The position numbers were made by a program, and so were the translations under genes. From NCBI RefSeq assembly GCF_000018105.1, contig NC_009927.1:30001-62000 (forward strand): DNA of 32,000 bases. The letters run 5' to 3'. The stretch is from Acaryochloris marina MBIC11017 (lineage in GTDB: Bacteria; Cyanobacteriota; Cyanobacteriia; Thermosynechococcales; Thermosynechococcaceae). Shown piece by piece: positions 1-8,959 of the stretch; within the stretch, counting starts at the first letter, position 1; every line of letters begins with the position of its first letter. Under the pieces are notes generated by a model. It searched no databases and had not been told where the DNA came from. It saw only the letters and a program-made list of their open reading frames with translations.

Positions 1-14
1 GCAAAGAAATCCTC

Positions 15-149
15 ATGAAACGATTCAAGGCTCAATTTCCCATTCAATTGGTATCAACAGTTATTGGTTTGTCTAGTCTTCTGGCAAGTTTGCCTGTAGC
101 AGCTAGAACACCTTCATCAGTTATAAATTTTGATGGAGTTGATACCTAA
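15..149 (+). CDS. Short ORF encoding a signal-peptide-like N-terminus, in frame with 201..623 across a single TAA
   Basis: ATG at 15 gives MKRFKAQFPIQLVSTVIGLSSLLASLPVAARTPSSVINFDGVDT, then TAA at 147-149. It has a basic N-region, a hydrophobic core and an AA-R cleavage-like site. Positions 15 and 201 are in the same frame. Confidence 0.3.
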   Translation: MKRFKAQFPIQLVSTVIGLSSLLASLPVAARTPSSVINFDGVDT

Positions 150-200
150 ATTGCTCAAGTTGATGAGAGCGAAGCCCAGAAAGAGGAACTTTCTCCTGGA

Positions 201-623
201 GTGATGAAGATCCTCTGCAAGAACTTTTCTCTCAACTCTCGCTGTTCAGGTACAAGTCAATCAGATACGACTCCGTCATCTGAGGAAGCACCTGATGTTG
301 AAGGGGCGGCTGATACTCCTGAAAGTGTTGAGTCCGAAAACTTAGAACCTGAAGATTCTACTGCTCCTGATATGGCTTCTTCTGATACAGAGCCAGAAGA
401 AGCTCCAGTAGATAGTTCTACGACTGATGATATGGATGAATCTACAGAAGGAGGAGCTGAACAGCCTGATGGAACAATGGGCTCCCCAGAAGAAGGCACT
501 AATTCTCCAGACACGATGCCACCGGACAATACTATACCGAATGAGCCAACCGCTCCAGACGACACTCAAGGACCACCTGTCACACCTCCAATGGTTCCAG
601 TACCTGAAGGCGGAACTGAATAG
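201..623 (+). CDS. Acidic Pro/Thr/Ser/Glu/Asp-rich low-complexity protein, possibly the distal part of an interrupted secreted protein
   Basis: 140-aa ORF with a GTG start and strongly biased composition. The ORFs on the opposite strand and in other frames here are compositional shadows. Confidence 0.45.
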   Translation: MMKILCKNFSLNSRCSGTSQSDTTPSSEEAPDVEGAADTPESVESENLEPEDSTAPDMASSDTEPEEAPVDSSTTDDMDESTEGGAEQPDGTMGSPEEGTNSPDTMPPDNTIPNEPTAPDDTQGPPVTPPMVPVPEGGTE

Positions 624-669
624 CCCTAGAGCTAGTAATACCAGACAATCTGGAAATCATTTATAACTT

Positions 670-1224
670 ATGAGTAATTCACCCTATCCTTCTAACTCAG
701 ATCCGAGTTTTCATGAGCCGTCCCTAGAATCATCGAATGCGACCCGGTATACGGAACTAGGTCGGACGGTTCAAGCTATCAGAGTTGAGAATACCAGGCT
801 CAATTCTGATGTTCAACAACTGCGTGGCCGTACCTCATCTCTCATAGGCCTACTCATAGGACTAATATTATTGACGATTGGTGGTTTTGCCTGGCTAGCA
901 ATTAGCTTGCAAAATTTAGAAAAAGAGGAACAGCAAAGGGCCAATGGAATCGATCCAGCTCTTGCTAGCCAGGTTGAGCAACTAGAGAAACAGGTGAACG
1001 ATCTCCGTAAGTTCATTCCCGGAAATTTATCGGACACTTTGCAATCCAACCAAACTACATTGGCACAACTGCAAACCCAGCTTCAACAGGTTACTACTCA
1101 GATTAAGACACTGGAGAGATCGGCTAGTAATAGCCAACCTCAATCCAATACTCCACCCCAAACTGCTCCACCCTCTAATCAACAATCCTCGGAATCTCCA
1201 CAACTGAACAATAATCAGGAATAG
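670..1224 (+). CDS. Hypothetical membrane-anchored coiled-coil, Gln-rich protein
   Basis: 184-aa ORF. It has one hydrophobic helix (LIGLLIGLILLTIGGFAWLAISL), then heptad-like Q/L-rich sequence and a Q/P/S/N-rich tail. Confidence 0.6.
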   Translation: MSNSPYPSNSDPSFHEPSLESSNATRYTELGRTVQAIRVENTRLNSDVQQLRGRTSSLIGLLIGLILLTIGGFAWLAISLQNLEKEEQQRANGIDPALASQVEQLEKQVNDLRKFIPGNLSDTLQSNQTTLAQLQTQLQQVTTQIKTLERSASNSQPQSNTPPQTAPPSNQQSSESPQLNNNQE

Positions 1225-1419
1225 AGCTTTTCAAAGCAAGATGATTTAAAACTGATGATATGGGTTCAAGAATGCCAATGATCGCTGCTTGATCTTTACG
1301 ATTTAAGCTCACTCTTTCCCTTAATCCGCTCTATCATCTCTGGTGGCCGCAGGCCAGCATTAGATAACCATCTCCCAACATTAGAAGTTCCAGAACTCCT
1401 TCAATAATTTCCTGCTTCT

Positions 1420-1439
1420 TATACTACATTTGTAGTATA
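1420..1439. promoter_or_regulatory. 20-bp perfect palindrome TATACTACA-TT-TGTAGTATA upstream of the ABC operon, a candidate operator overlapping a -10-like TATACT
   Basis: The 9-bp arms are exact reverse complements. The palindrome ends 27 bp before the ATG at 1467. Confidence 0.4.
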
Positions 1440-1466
1440 CTATGGTTTTTTTCGGAAGTTGGGGTC

Positions 1467-2441
1467 ATGGTTGCCATACACATCGATCACCTCTACAAAT
1501 CCTTTACCTTCAGCAGAGGTTGGGGGAAGCATCGTAAGCAAACTAATGTGGTCGCTGTGGATCGGATCAGCTTGAATATCCCATGTGGGCAAGCAATCGC
1601 CTTCATTGGCCCGAATGGGGCGGGCAAATCGACCACGATCAAAATGCTGACAGGAATTCTTCATCCCACTGCTGGAAAAGCAATGGTTTTGGGCTATGTA
1701 CCCTGGAAGGATCGTCAATCTCTAGCTCGTCGAATTGGTGTCGTGTTTGGTCAGCGTTCCCAACTCTGGTATCACTTACCACCCCGCGATACCCTCGAAT
1801 TACTTGCCCGAATTTATGACCTCGAACCTAAAGTTTTTCGACAGCGACGTGATTCGCTAGTGGAACGGTTCGGCTTGAATGAGTTTTGGTCAACTCCAGT
1901 GAGAAAGCTCTCTCTAGGTCAACGTATGCGGGCGGAGGTAGCGGCCAGCTTACTTCATGCACCGCAGATTCTGTTTCTTGATGAACCCACAATCGGACTA
2001 GATGTTCTGGCCCGGCAAAAGTTGCGAAATTTAATTTGCGAATGGAATCAACAAGAAGGTACGACTGTTTTTCTCACGAGCCATGACACGGGTGACATAG
2101 AACGGGTTGCACAACGAATAATTGTGATTAATCACGGGCAGGTTATGCTGGATGCCCCGGTCTCAGAATTGCGGCGTCGATATCTGAATGAGAAAATTCT
2201 CAGCGTCAAATTTCATACACCAATCTACGAGTTTCCTACTCTGCAGGGTGTTCGCCAGTTAGAGGTTATGGACTTTGGGCTCAAACTGGAGATCAACACT
2301 CGCTTGATTCCTATCGAGCAAGTGATCAGTCAAATTCTCCAAATAGGATCCGTCGCAGATGTTGCGATCGAAGATCCACCCCTGGATGCAGTGATTGCTC
2401 ACATTTATAACCAGCCCGCCTCGGAGGGACTATCACTATGA
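1467..2441 (+). CDS. ABC transporter ATP-binding protein that pairs with two ABC-2-type permeases
   Basis: Walker A GPNGAGKST, signature LSLGQRMR, Walker B ILFLDEPT and H-loop TSHD are present, with a C-terminal extension of about 90 aa. The stop overlaps the next start (ATGA at 2438-2441). Confidence 0.95.
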   Translation: MVAIHIDHLYKSFTFSRGWGKHRKQTNVVAVDRISLNIPCGQAIAFIGPNGAGKSTTIKMLTGILHPTAGKAMVLGYVPWKDRQSLARRIGVVFGQRSQLWYHLPPRDTLELLARIYDLEPKVFRQRRDSLVERFGLNEFWSTPVRKLSLGQRMRAEVAASLLHAPQILFLDEPTIGLDVLARQKLRNLICEWNQQEGTTVFLTSHDTGDIERVAQRIIVINHGQVMLDAPVSELRRRYLNEKILSVKFHTPIYEFPTLQGVRQLEVMDFGLKLEINTRLIPIEQVISQILQIGSVADVAIEDPPLDAVIAHIYNQPASEGLSL

Positions 2442-2574
2442 AATCACTCTACAAATACGGTTGGATTGCCTGGACATCAGCGCGATCCAACATGGCTTAC
2501 TTGGGTGAAGTCGTTGCCCGGACACTATTCTTGGTCCTTATCCTGTACATTTTTTTGCAATTGTGGAGAGTTAC
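2438..2574 (+). pseudogene. ABC-2-type permease 1, N-terminal fragment, interrupted by an IS
   Basis: MKSLYKYGWIAWTSARSNMAYLGEVVARTLFLVLILYIFLQLWRVT, then the IS end at 2575. Joining it to 6578..7238 gives 798 nt, which is 266 codons in frame. Confidence 0.85.
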
Positions 2575-2616
2575 ACGACTATGAAGGTTACTCCATTGAC
2601 AGTGATTTGATGCTGT

Positions 2617-3266
2617 TTATCCTGGCATGATGCACTCCATGACTTGCTCTACAGATTGTCCTTGATTGAAAAGGACATGGACAAACTCAACTAACTGCTG
2701 AACGGATTCACGAGTGAGGCTATAGAGCTTTTGACCCACAGTAGGCTCGTCATTTTGAGCAAACTTCAATCTCTCAGATTTTCTTCCAGAACAACTGGTG
2801 TCTTGGAGTATCGACTGCGCTACACAACTTAAACAGAAGTGGCGTTTAACCGCTTCCTCCTTGCGGAGCTGAGCTGACTCAAAGCCAACCAATTGCTTGG
2901 AGAACTCATGGAAAATTTCACAAGGCCAACGATAACTCCAGGTGGCAAACACCCTTGAAGCATCCCAATGCAAAGCATCAGTGAGTAAAAATCGAGGGGA
3001 GTCGCTGAGATCTTCGGTTTCATGGACAATGACCAACCGTTTGCGACCATATTTTCTGAGGCGAACAGTTTTGCTAAAAGCCCAAATCTCTCGGGTTTTG
3101 CCATTCCGGCAGCGGACTCTCTTGTGACGGAAACTTTCAGGATGGTCAGCCTTCAATTGTTGAGCGACCCCATCTACTCGTTGCCATTTCCCTTCCCAGA
3201 AAATGTTGCGAGAACACTCTATTTCACTGACCCAATGTTTCTTGGATGCCTCAATGACTTGCGTTA
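2617..3266 (-). pseudogene. DDE transposase of the outer IS, C-terminal part
   Basis: ...TQVIEASKKHWVSEIECSRNIFWEG...RFLLTDALHWDASRVFATWSYRWPCEIFHEF... It joins in frame with 5807..6503 once both nested IS elements are removed (697 + 650 = 1347 nt, 449 codons). Confidence 0.8.
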
Positions 3267-4408
3267 TACTGCGGACGACTTGTGACTTAACATTGTGGTA
3301 GAGAGATTTGGCACACTGGGAGTATCCCCGCACCTATCCTCCACTCCCATGATTAAAATTGATTTCACCGCAGAGGAAATCCAACAACTCAATTACGAAC
3401 GCTATCATCACCCTCACCCACGGGTGCAGCGACGGATGGAAGTGCTCTACTTGAAGAGTCAAGGTCTTTCCCATACCCAGATCTGCCAGCTTTGTCAGAT
3501 TAGTCGCCCCACTTTAGCCAAAACTCTTCGTCAGTATCAACAAGGAGGGATTGAAGGGCTGAAGACCCTTGAATATAAAGGTCAACCGAGTCTACTCAAC
3601 GCTCATAGCGATAGTGTGAGAGCTTACTTTGAGCAACATCCTCCCCGCACCAGTGCAGAAGCTCAAGCGGTCATTGAGCAATTAACAGGCATCAAACGCA
3701 GTCCCACCCAAATCAAAGCCTTCCTCAAACGCATCGGTTGTCGTTATCGAAAAGTGGGGTATGTGCCGGGAAAGTCGAGTCTGCCCGAGAAAATTGAGGA
3801 GCAAGAGCAGTTTCGACACACTCGCCTTGAACCCTTATTAGAGGAAGCTCAACGCCAAGAGCGTCTTGTCTTTTTTGTGGATGCTGCTCACTTTGTTCAC
3901 CGTGCTTATCTAGGGTTTGTCTGGTGCATCACTCGGATCTTCATCCCTTCTCCTTCTGGTCGCCAACGTTTCAATGTCCTGGGCGCGCTCGACGCTATCA
4001 CCAAAGACCTAGTCAGCGTTACCAACCACACCTATATCAATTCTCACAGTATGTGCCTGTTACTGGCCAAGCTGGCGCTACTTGACCCAGTCATACCCAT
4101 CAGCGTGATTTTAGACAATGCGCGATACCAGAAATGTCAGCTTGTAACGGACTTTGCCGAGATCGTCGATATTGAGCTGGTCTATCTGCCCTCCTATTCA
4201 CCCCATTTGAATTTGATTGAGCGACTCTGGCGTTTTGTACGCAAGGAATGTCTCTATTCAAAGTATTATGCTGATTTTCCCGCCTTCAAAGGGGCCATTC
4301 AACAGTGCATCGACCAGTGTAATGGAGAGCATAAGGCGAAACTCACCACCTTACTATCACTCAAGTTTCAGTCTTTTAAGAAAGTTAATATCTTAGCCGC
4401 CTAGAGTA
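3267..4408 (+). mobile_element. IS630-family insertion sequence (1142 bp) inserted at a TA inside the outer IS transposase gene
   Basis: TA lies on both flanks (3265-3266 and 4409-4410). The imperfect inverted repeats start TACTGCGG and TACTCTAGG and are conserved at TATACT...TTAAC. Excising the element plus one TA restores the host ORF. Confidence 0.8.
3349..4404 (+). CDS. IS630-family transposase (N-terminal HTH plus DDE domain), apparently intact
   Basis: MIKIDFTAEEIQQLNYERYHHPHPRVQRRMEVLYLKSQGLSH... The C-terminal half has the ILDNARYQK / YLPSYSPHLNLIERLW motifs typical of IS630/Tc1-like DDE transposases. Confidence 0.9.
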   Translation: MIKIDFTAEEIQQLNYERYHHPHPRVQRRMEVLYLKSQGLSHTQICQLCQISRPTLAKTLRQYQQGGIEGLKTLEYKGQPSLLNAHSDSVRAYFEQHPPRTSAEAQAVIEQLTGIKRSPTQIKAFLKRIGCRYRKVGYVPGKSSLPEKIEEQEQFRHTRLEPLLEEAQRQERLVFFVDAAHFVHRAYLGFVWCITRIFIPSPSGRQRFNVLGALDAITKDLVSVTNHTYINSHSMCLLLAKLALLDPVIPISVILDNARYQKCQLVTDFAEIVDIELVYLPSYSPHLNLIERLWRFVRKECLYSKYYADFPAFKGAIQQCIDQCNGEHKAKLTTLLSLKFQSFKKVNILAA

Positions 4409-4411
4409 TAG

Positions 4412-5803
4412 CCCTCTTTTATCACTTTAGACAGATAAAAAATAGACTATTCTCAGTTTCTATTTTTCTAATGAGTGATGTCAGCTTCAAGAAGTCCAGA
4501 ACCAACCATTGGCTTTGTTGATGAGTACTGCCAACTATTTGCAGAGTTATTTCCCCAAGTCCGCAGTTATGAAGCCTTCAAGCATCTCCATCTGGGGATG
4601 ATTAGTGATATCAAACGTAAATCATTGCCCGCCATTGCAAGAGCAGTGGGCTTGGAGAACCATCAAAGCCTGCATCATTTTCTGAGTGAATCACCTTGGG
4701 TAGCGTCACATTTGTCTGACAAGAGATTGGACATCATCTTGAAAATACTGGATGGGCGCAGGTTAATTCTATTGATCGATGAGACGGGCGATTGCAAAAA
4801 AGGCAAGAGTACCGACTATGTGAAACGGCAGTATATCGGCAATGTGGGCAAGAAAGAGAATGGCATCGTCGCAGTCACTGCCTACGGGCTGTTTCAAGGG
4901 ATGATTTTGCCTTTGTCCTTTGAAGTGTACAAACCCCGAGAACGTCTTAAAGAGGAGGATGAGTATCTCAGCAAACCCCAAATTGCTGCTGGAATGATCC
5001 GACAGTTGCAAGGGATGGGCTTTTGCTTTGAGCTCGTCCTGGCTGACAGCTTGTATGGGGAAGCTCAAACAAACTTTGTGAATGTCTTAGAGGAGTTAAA
5101 GCTGCCCTATATCCTAGCGATTCGTAGCAATCATGCGGTGTGGTTACCCGCAGAACAAGCAGTCTTTGCCGAACCGTGGCAGTCATTTGAACGAACCTTC
5201 AGCAATGGCACCACTGAAACTCGTTACAGGCAAGAGATCATTTATGGCCAGCGACACCACCAGAAGCGCTATTGGCTATTAACCACGGACCCCCAAACGC
5301 TACCAGAGAACTCAACCTCTTATGTCATGGCAGCGGCACCCGAGATCAAGCTGGATGAAATTGGGGATTGCTATGGCTTCAGAACTTGGATTGAGTATGG
5401 TCTCAAACAGTCTAAAGATACCTTGGGTTGGGCTGATTTTCGCATGACGCACTACGAACAAATTGAAAAGTGGTGGGAGATAGTGATGAGCGCTTTCTTG
5501 ATGGTGAGTTTGTTCGCTGATGTCTTCAATGACTCTTGTCCAGTGGCACATCAACACTTTGCGCAGCATCCTTGGTGGGATAACCAAAACGGGTGGAAGA
5601 ATCTGCTCAATAATGTGCGCTTGATCATTCAACCGTTAATCAGTTGGAATCTTCTAAAGCGCTGGTTAGAAGTCTTTCCCAGCCGTGCTTTGAAAAAGGG
5701 GTTTGAGCAACTCACATCAAAGATGGAGGCATTTTGCTGTCCACTGGTGAGGAAATTGCTCAAGCATCCTGATTTTCTCTCTGTCTAAAGTGATAAAAGA
5801 GGG
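4412..5803 (+). mobile_element. IS701-family insertion sequence (1392 bp)
   Basis: A perfect 23-bp inverted repeat CCCTCTTTTATCACTTTAGACAG lies at 4412-4434 and, as reverse complement, at 5781-5803. A 4-bp direct repeat ATAG flanks it at 4408-4411 and 5804-5807. Confidence 0.9.
4475..5788 (+). CDS. IS701-family DDE transposase, apparently intact
   Basis: 437-aa ORF containing ...LILLIDETGDCKKGKSTDYVKRQYIGNVGKKENGIVAV...LVLADSLYGE...WIEYGLKQSKDTLGWADFRM, as I recall for IS701-type transposases. The start is GTG 4475 or ATG 4478. Confidence 0.9.
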   Translation: MMSASRSPEPTIGFVDEYCQLFAELFPQVRSYEAFKHLHLGMISDIKRKSLPAIARAVGLENHQSLHHFLSESPWVASHLSDKRLDIILKILDGRRLILLIDETGDCKKGKSTDYVKRQYIGNVGKKENGIVAVTAYGLFQGMILPLSFEVYKPRERLKEEDEYLSKPQIAAGMIRQLQGMGFCFELVLADSLYGEAQTNFVNVLEELKLPYILAIRSNHAVWLPAEQAVFAEPWQSFERTFSNGTTETRYRQEIIYGQRHHQKRYWLLTTDPQTLPENSTSYVMAAAPEIKLDEIGDCYGFRTWIEYGLKQSKDTLGWADFRMTHYEQIEKWWEIVMSAFLMVSLFADVFNDSCPVAHQHFAQHPWWDNQNGWKNLLNNVRLIIQPLISWNLLKRWLEVFPSRALKKGFEQLTSKMEAFCCPLVRKLLKHPDFLSV

Positions 5804-5806
5804 ATA

Positions 5807-6503
5807 GCTCTAAGGTTAAGACCCCTTGATCAAATGCATAATCAGCGTCTGGGAAGTTTCTTTCCGCTTCAAGTTGTCTGACGATATCGACCGCCAACTC
5901 AGTGCGCTTACGATAGCGTAGGCGATTCTTTTGGTAGTGGAGCAGCTCTAACAAGCGTTGGTGGACTTGCTCCATACTCTCGTAAGTTTCGCGGCGGGTC
6001 ATTCTCAAATAAGCCAACTCTTCTAGTTGATAGTTGGGCTGCTGAACCTCAACGGCTATCCCATCTAATCTTTCTGGATTGGCTGCCACGGCAGTGACAA
6101 CGGTTTGATAGCAACTCCAACAACGATTGACATGATCATAGGCGGCTTTATCACCAAAGATCTCTTGACTGTAGGGATGGTGGGAATAGGTCCAGTCAAG
6201 ACTAATCACTTCCCGACCTCGTCCCCGGTGTTTAGGGCCTAACACATTGCGATGATGGGCCATAAGCTCTTGATGATGCCAGCCCGCTTCAAAGATCGCT
6301 TCATGCATGGCTCGATAGCTGACCTGTTCTCCCTCTGGCCACACCAGTTGACTGTATATCCCTTGTAAGGTTTTGTTGGGACTTAAGAGCAAACCATTCA
6401 GATACCGACTGATGTGGGCAAATCCATCATCACGGCAGAAGACGCTTCGCAAAGACGCCAATGATTTGGCAATGGTCGGTGCTATTCCAACTAGAGGCAG
6501 CAT
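5807..6503 (-). pseudogene. DDE transposase of the outer IS, N-terminal part
   Basis: MLPLVGIAPTIAKSLASLRSVFCRDDGFAHISRYLNGLLLSPNKTLQGIY...DADYAFDQGVLTLE. The ORF-track tail LFYHFRQRENQDA is read-through into the nested IS701 end. Confidence 0.8.
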
Positions 6504-6577
6504 AGGGTTTGAAGGGATAAGGCAACTACCTCAATTTGACCAGGTCAGTGCCTAACCTTCAAAGTCGTGAGAGTTAC

Positions 6578-7238
6578 CTATTCAGAAGTACAGGCGCAGC
6601 AGCTAGGCGGCTTCACACTACCTCAAATGCTGTGGTATTTGAGTGTGACTGAATCACTAGCGATTTCCGCTCCACGCATTGCCCAAGATGTTGACCAAGA
6701 TGTTCGAACAGGAGCATTGACTGTGCAATTGGTTCGTCCCATTTCCTATCCAATGTATCGACTTTGGTCATCAATGGGTGAACGCTGTGTCCGATTTGGA
6801 TTCAATTTTGCCGTGAGTGCTGTCCTTGCCTTATTCTTTGTCGGCGCAATCCCAATGAGCATCGGAGGATGCTTACTTTTTCTATTAGTGTTGCCCATCG
6901 CATTTATTTTGGATTTCCTAGTGATGTTCTTGATTGGTTTGGGTGCGTTTTGGTTGGAAGACACCAGTGGGTTAGTGCTCATTTATTCCCGGTTACTGTG
7001 GCTCCTAGGAGGATTGATGATTCCATTAGAGCTATTTCCTGAGTTCTGGCAAGGAATCTTGCATAATCTTCCATTTGCCCTAGTGATTTATGCTCCAGCG
7101 CGGTTATTCGTTCATCCTTCGATAAGTGATACACTCGCACTTTTAATGCGCCAAGGGGTTGCGTTACTGATGCTGACGTTGTGTGTGCAATGGGTGTATG
7201 GCCTTGCCATCCAAAGAATACATGCCAATGGAGGCTAA
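6578..7238 (+). pseudogene. ABC-2-type permease 1, C-terminal fragment
   Basis: It continues ...YSEVQAQQLGGFTLPQMLWYLSVTE... with several hydrophobic helices. The MRVT prefix in the ORF track is the duplicated target site. Confidence 0.85.
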
Positions 7239-7242
7239 GGGC

Positions 7243-8038
7243 ATGAAAGCTCTACTGAATTATCTGAATTTAGCGATCGCATACGTTCGACTCAATTGGA
7301 ATGCTCACATGGAATACCGTGGCGCATTTGTGTCACAACTATTGGCCATGCTTCTAAACAATTTGATGTGGGTTGCGTTTTGGGGACTGTTTTTCACTCG
7401 CTTTCCAGTCTTGAGAGGTTGGACGGTGCAAGATGTAGTAACTTTGTGGGCGATCGCCGCCGCCGGATTTGGCCTTGCCCACGCGATTTATGGCAATGCG
7501 CTGCAACTAGCTAAATTGATTGCCCAAGGGCAACTCGATGTGTGGATGCTATATCCACGCATGTTGCTTCCCCATCTATTACTAGGACAGATGAATGCGA
7601 CTTCCTGGGGCGATCTACTCTTTGGGTATGGGGTGTATCTGGGTTTTGTGCATCCAGATATCGTTCATTTTGTCTGGTTTATCGGTTTAACTACTTCTGT
7701 TGCTGCCTTATTTGTGGGGTTTAGCGTTCTGACAGGTAGCCTGAGTTTTTTACATGGGCAATGCCTCGGCGCTGAGTGATCAGTGGCGGATGGCAATGCT
7801 CACTTTTAGTACCTATCCTGGCACCCTCTTTGATGGGGCAATCAAGCTGCTTCTTTACAGCTTCATACCAGCAGGATTTGTAACTTATTTGCCCGTCGAG
7901 GCATTGCGTTCTTTATCCTGGGTTCATGCAATAGGGTCAGTTATGGGATCGGTGACTATCCTTGGGATAGGCATTGGAGTTTTTTATCATGGATTACGCC
8001 GTTACGAGTCCGGTAATCTCATCAATATGAGAGGCTAA
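7243..8038 (+). pseudogene. ABC-2-type permease 2, frameshifted in a T6 run (7746-7751)
   Basis: ORFs 7183..7779 and 7754..8038 are consecutive halves of one membrane protein. Deleting one T gives ...GSLSFYMGNASALSDQW... and 795 nt, which is 265 codons. Confidence 0.8.
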
Positions 8039-8077
8039 AATTAGCCGTGTTCGGTACTCCTAATTATTTTCACCCAA

Positions 8078-8911
8078 ATGGATATGACCGAAACCTTCCA
8101 ACTCAAAATAGGTAGTGCGCAGTTGGCTGGTGAATATTCTGGCCACGGTAAGCCTTTGATCTTTCTACATGCTGGGGTTGCTGATCGGCGGATGTGGTGT
8201 CCCCAAATTGATACCCTAAAAAATTATTTCCAAACGGTTATCTATGATCGGCGAGGATTTGGCAAAACGACCTGCTTGGATGAAGCCTTCTCCCATGTCA
8301 ATGATCTTAGGCAAGTTATCGAACAACTAGGTCTTACAGATGTTGTTCTCATTGGCTGCTCACAAGGGGGACGAATCGCCTTGGATTTTGCCCTTGCTTA
8401 CCCCCACCAAGTTACTGCGCTAGTGCTCATTGCGCCTGCTGTGAGTGGTGCTCCTGAACCCATAACATTCCCTCAAAATATTCAAGCACGTATTAATGCA
8501 TTAGATGAAGCTGATGAAGCAAACGATTTAGAGTTGGTTAACACCATTGAAACTGATTTGTGGCTTGACGGTCCCACTAGTCCGTCTGGAAGGGTGGATG
8601 ACTCATTAAGAAAGCTGTTGTTGGATATGAATGGCATCGCTTTGAGGAAACCGGAACTCACTTTGGAGCAAGAACCCACCTCAGCTTATGAGAAATTACC
8701 CAATCTATCGATTCCAACACTTGTAGTTTGGGGGAATCTGGACTTTCCGCATGTCAGTGAACGTTGCCACTACCTTGTGAATACTATTCCTACTGCCATA
8801 GGAGAGGAAATGCCTAACACCGCTCATCTACTTAATCTTGAAGAACCTGAGTACCTTAACAACTTGCTTCAAGCATTCCTAAGCAGTAGTAACGAACTTA
8901 AAAATACATAA
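8078..8911 (+). CDS. Alpha/beta-fold hydrolase
   Basis: Oxyanion HG region (FLHAGVADRRMW), nucleophile elbow GCSQGG and a C-terminal NTAHLLNLEEP histidine region. Confidence 0.85.
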   Translation: MDMTETFQLKIGSAQLAGEYSGHGKPLIFLHAGVADRRMWCPQIDTLKNYFQTVIYDRRGFGKTTCLDEAFSHVNDLRQVIEQLGLTDVVLIGCSQGGRIALDFALAYPHQVTALVLIAPAVSGAPEPITFPQNIQARINALDEADEANDLELVNTIETDLWLDGPTSPSGRVDDSLRKLLLDMNGIALRKPELTLEQEPTSAYEKLPNLSIPTLVVWGNLDFPHVSERCHYLVNTIPTAIGEEMPNTAHLLNLEEPEYLNNLLQAFLSSSNELKNT

Positions 8912-8959
8912 ATACTATCGGATTGCTGTAATAAAGAAATATTGGTTTTTTAATTTAAA

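Larger units (their letters stand above)
2575..6568 (-). mobile_element. IS4/IS701-superfamily insertion sequence (own length about 1454 bp) that itself carries two nested IS elements
   Basis: The terminal inverted repeats are ACGACTATGAAGGTTAC (2575-2591) and ACGACTTTGAAGGTTAG (reverse complement of 6552-6568), matching at 15 of 17 positions. A 9-bp direct repeat GAGAGTTAC flanks the element at 2566-2574 and 6569-6577. Confidence 0.85.

Noticed and set aside
257-666. ORFs 257..565(-), 342..569(-) and 427..666(+) overlapping the acidic low-complexity ORF
   Set aside because: They lie in or opposite a strongly biased repeat-like coding region. Such composition keeps several frames open by chance, and none has independent support.
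1440-1819. ORFs 1440..1718(-) and 1583..1819(+) inside the ABC ATPase gene
   Set aside because: They are shadow ORFs. The plus-frame ATPase carries all canonical ABC motifs.
2829-3285. ORFs 2829..3104(-), 2942..3127(+) and 3022..3285(+)
   Set aside because: These are alternative frames within the C-terminal fragment of the outer-IS transposase. The frame that rejoins with 5807..6503 is the real one.
3295-3348. GTG-initiated 18-codon extension of the IS630 transposase
   Set aside because: The extension lies within the terminal region of the element. Family members as I recall them begin M-x-K-I, which matches the ATG at 3349.
7296-7724. ORFs 7296..7514(+) and 7542..7724(+)
   Set aside because: These are out-of-frame readings within permease 2. 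They are not hydrophobic-helix rich like the main frame.
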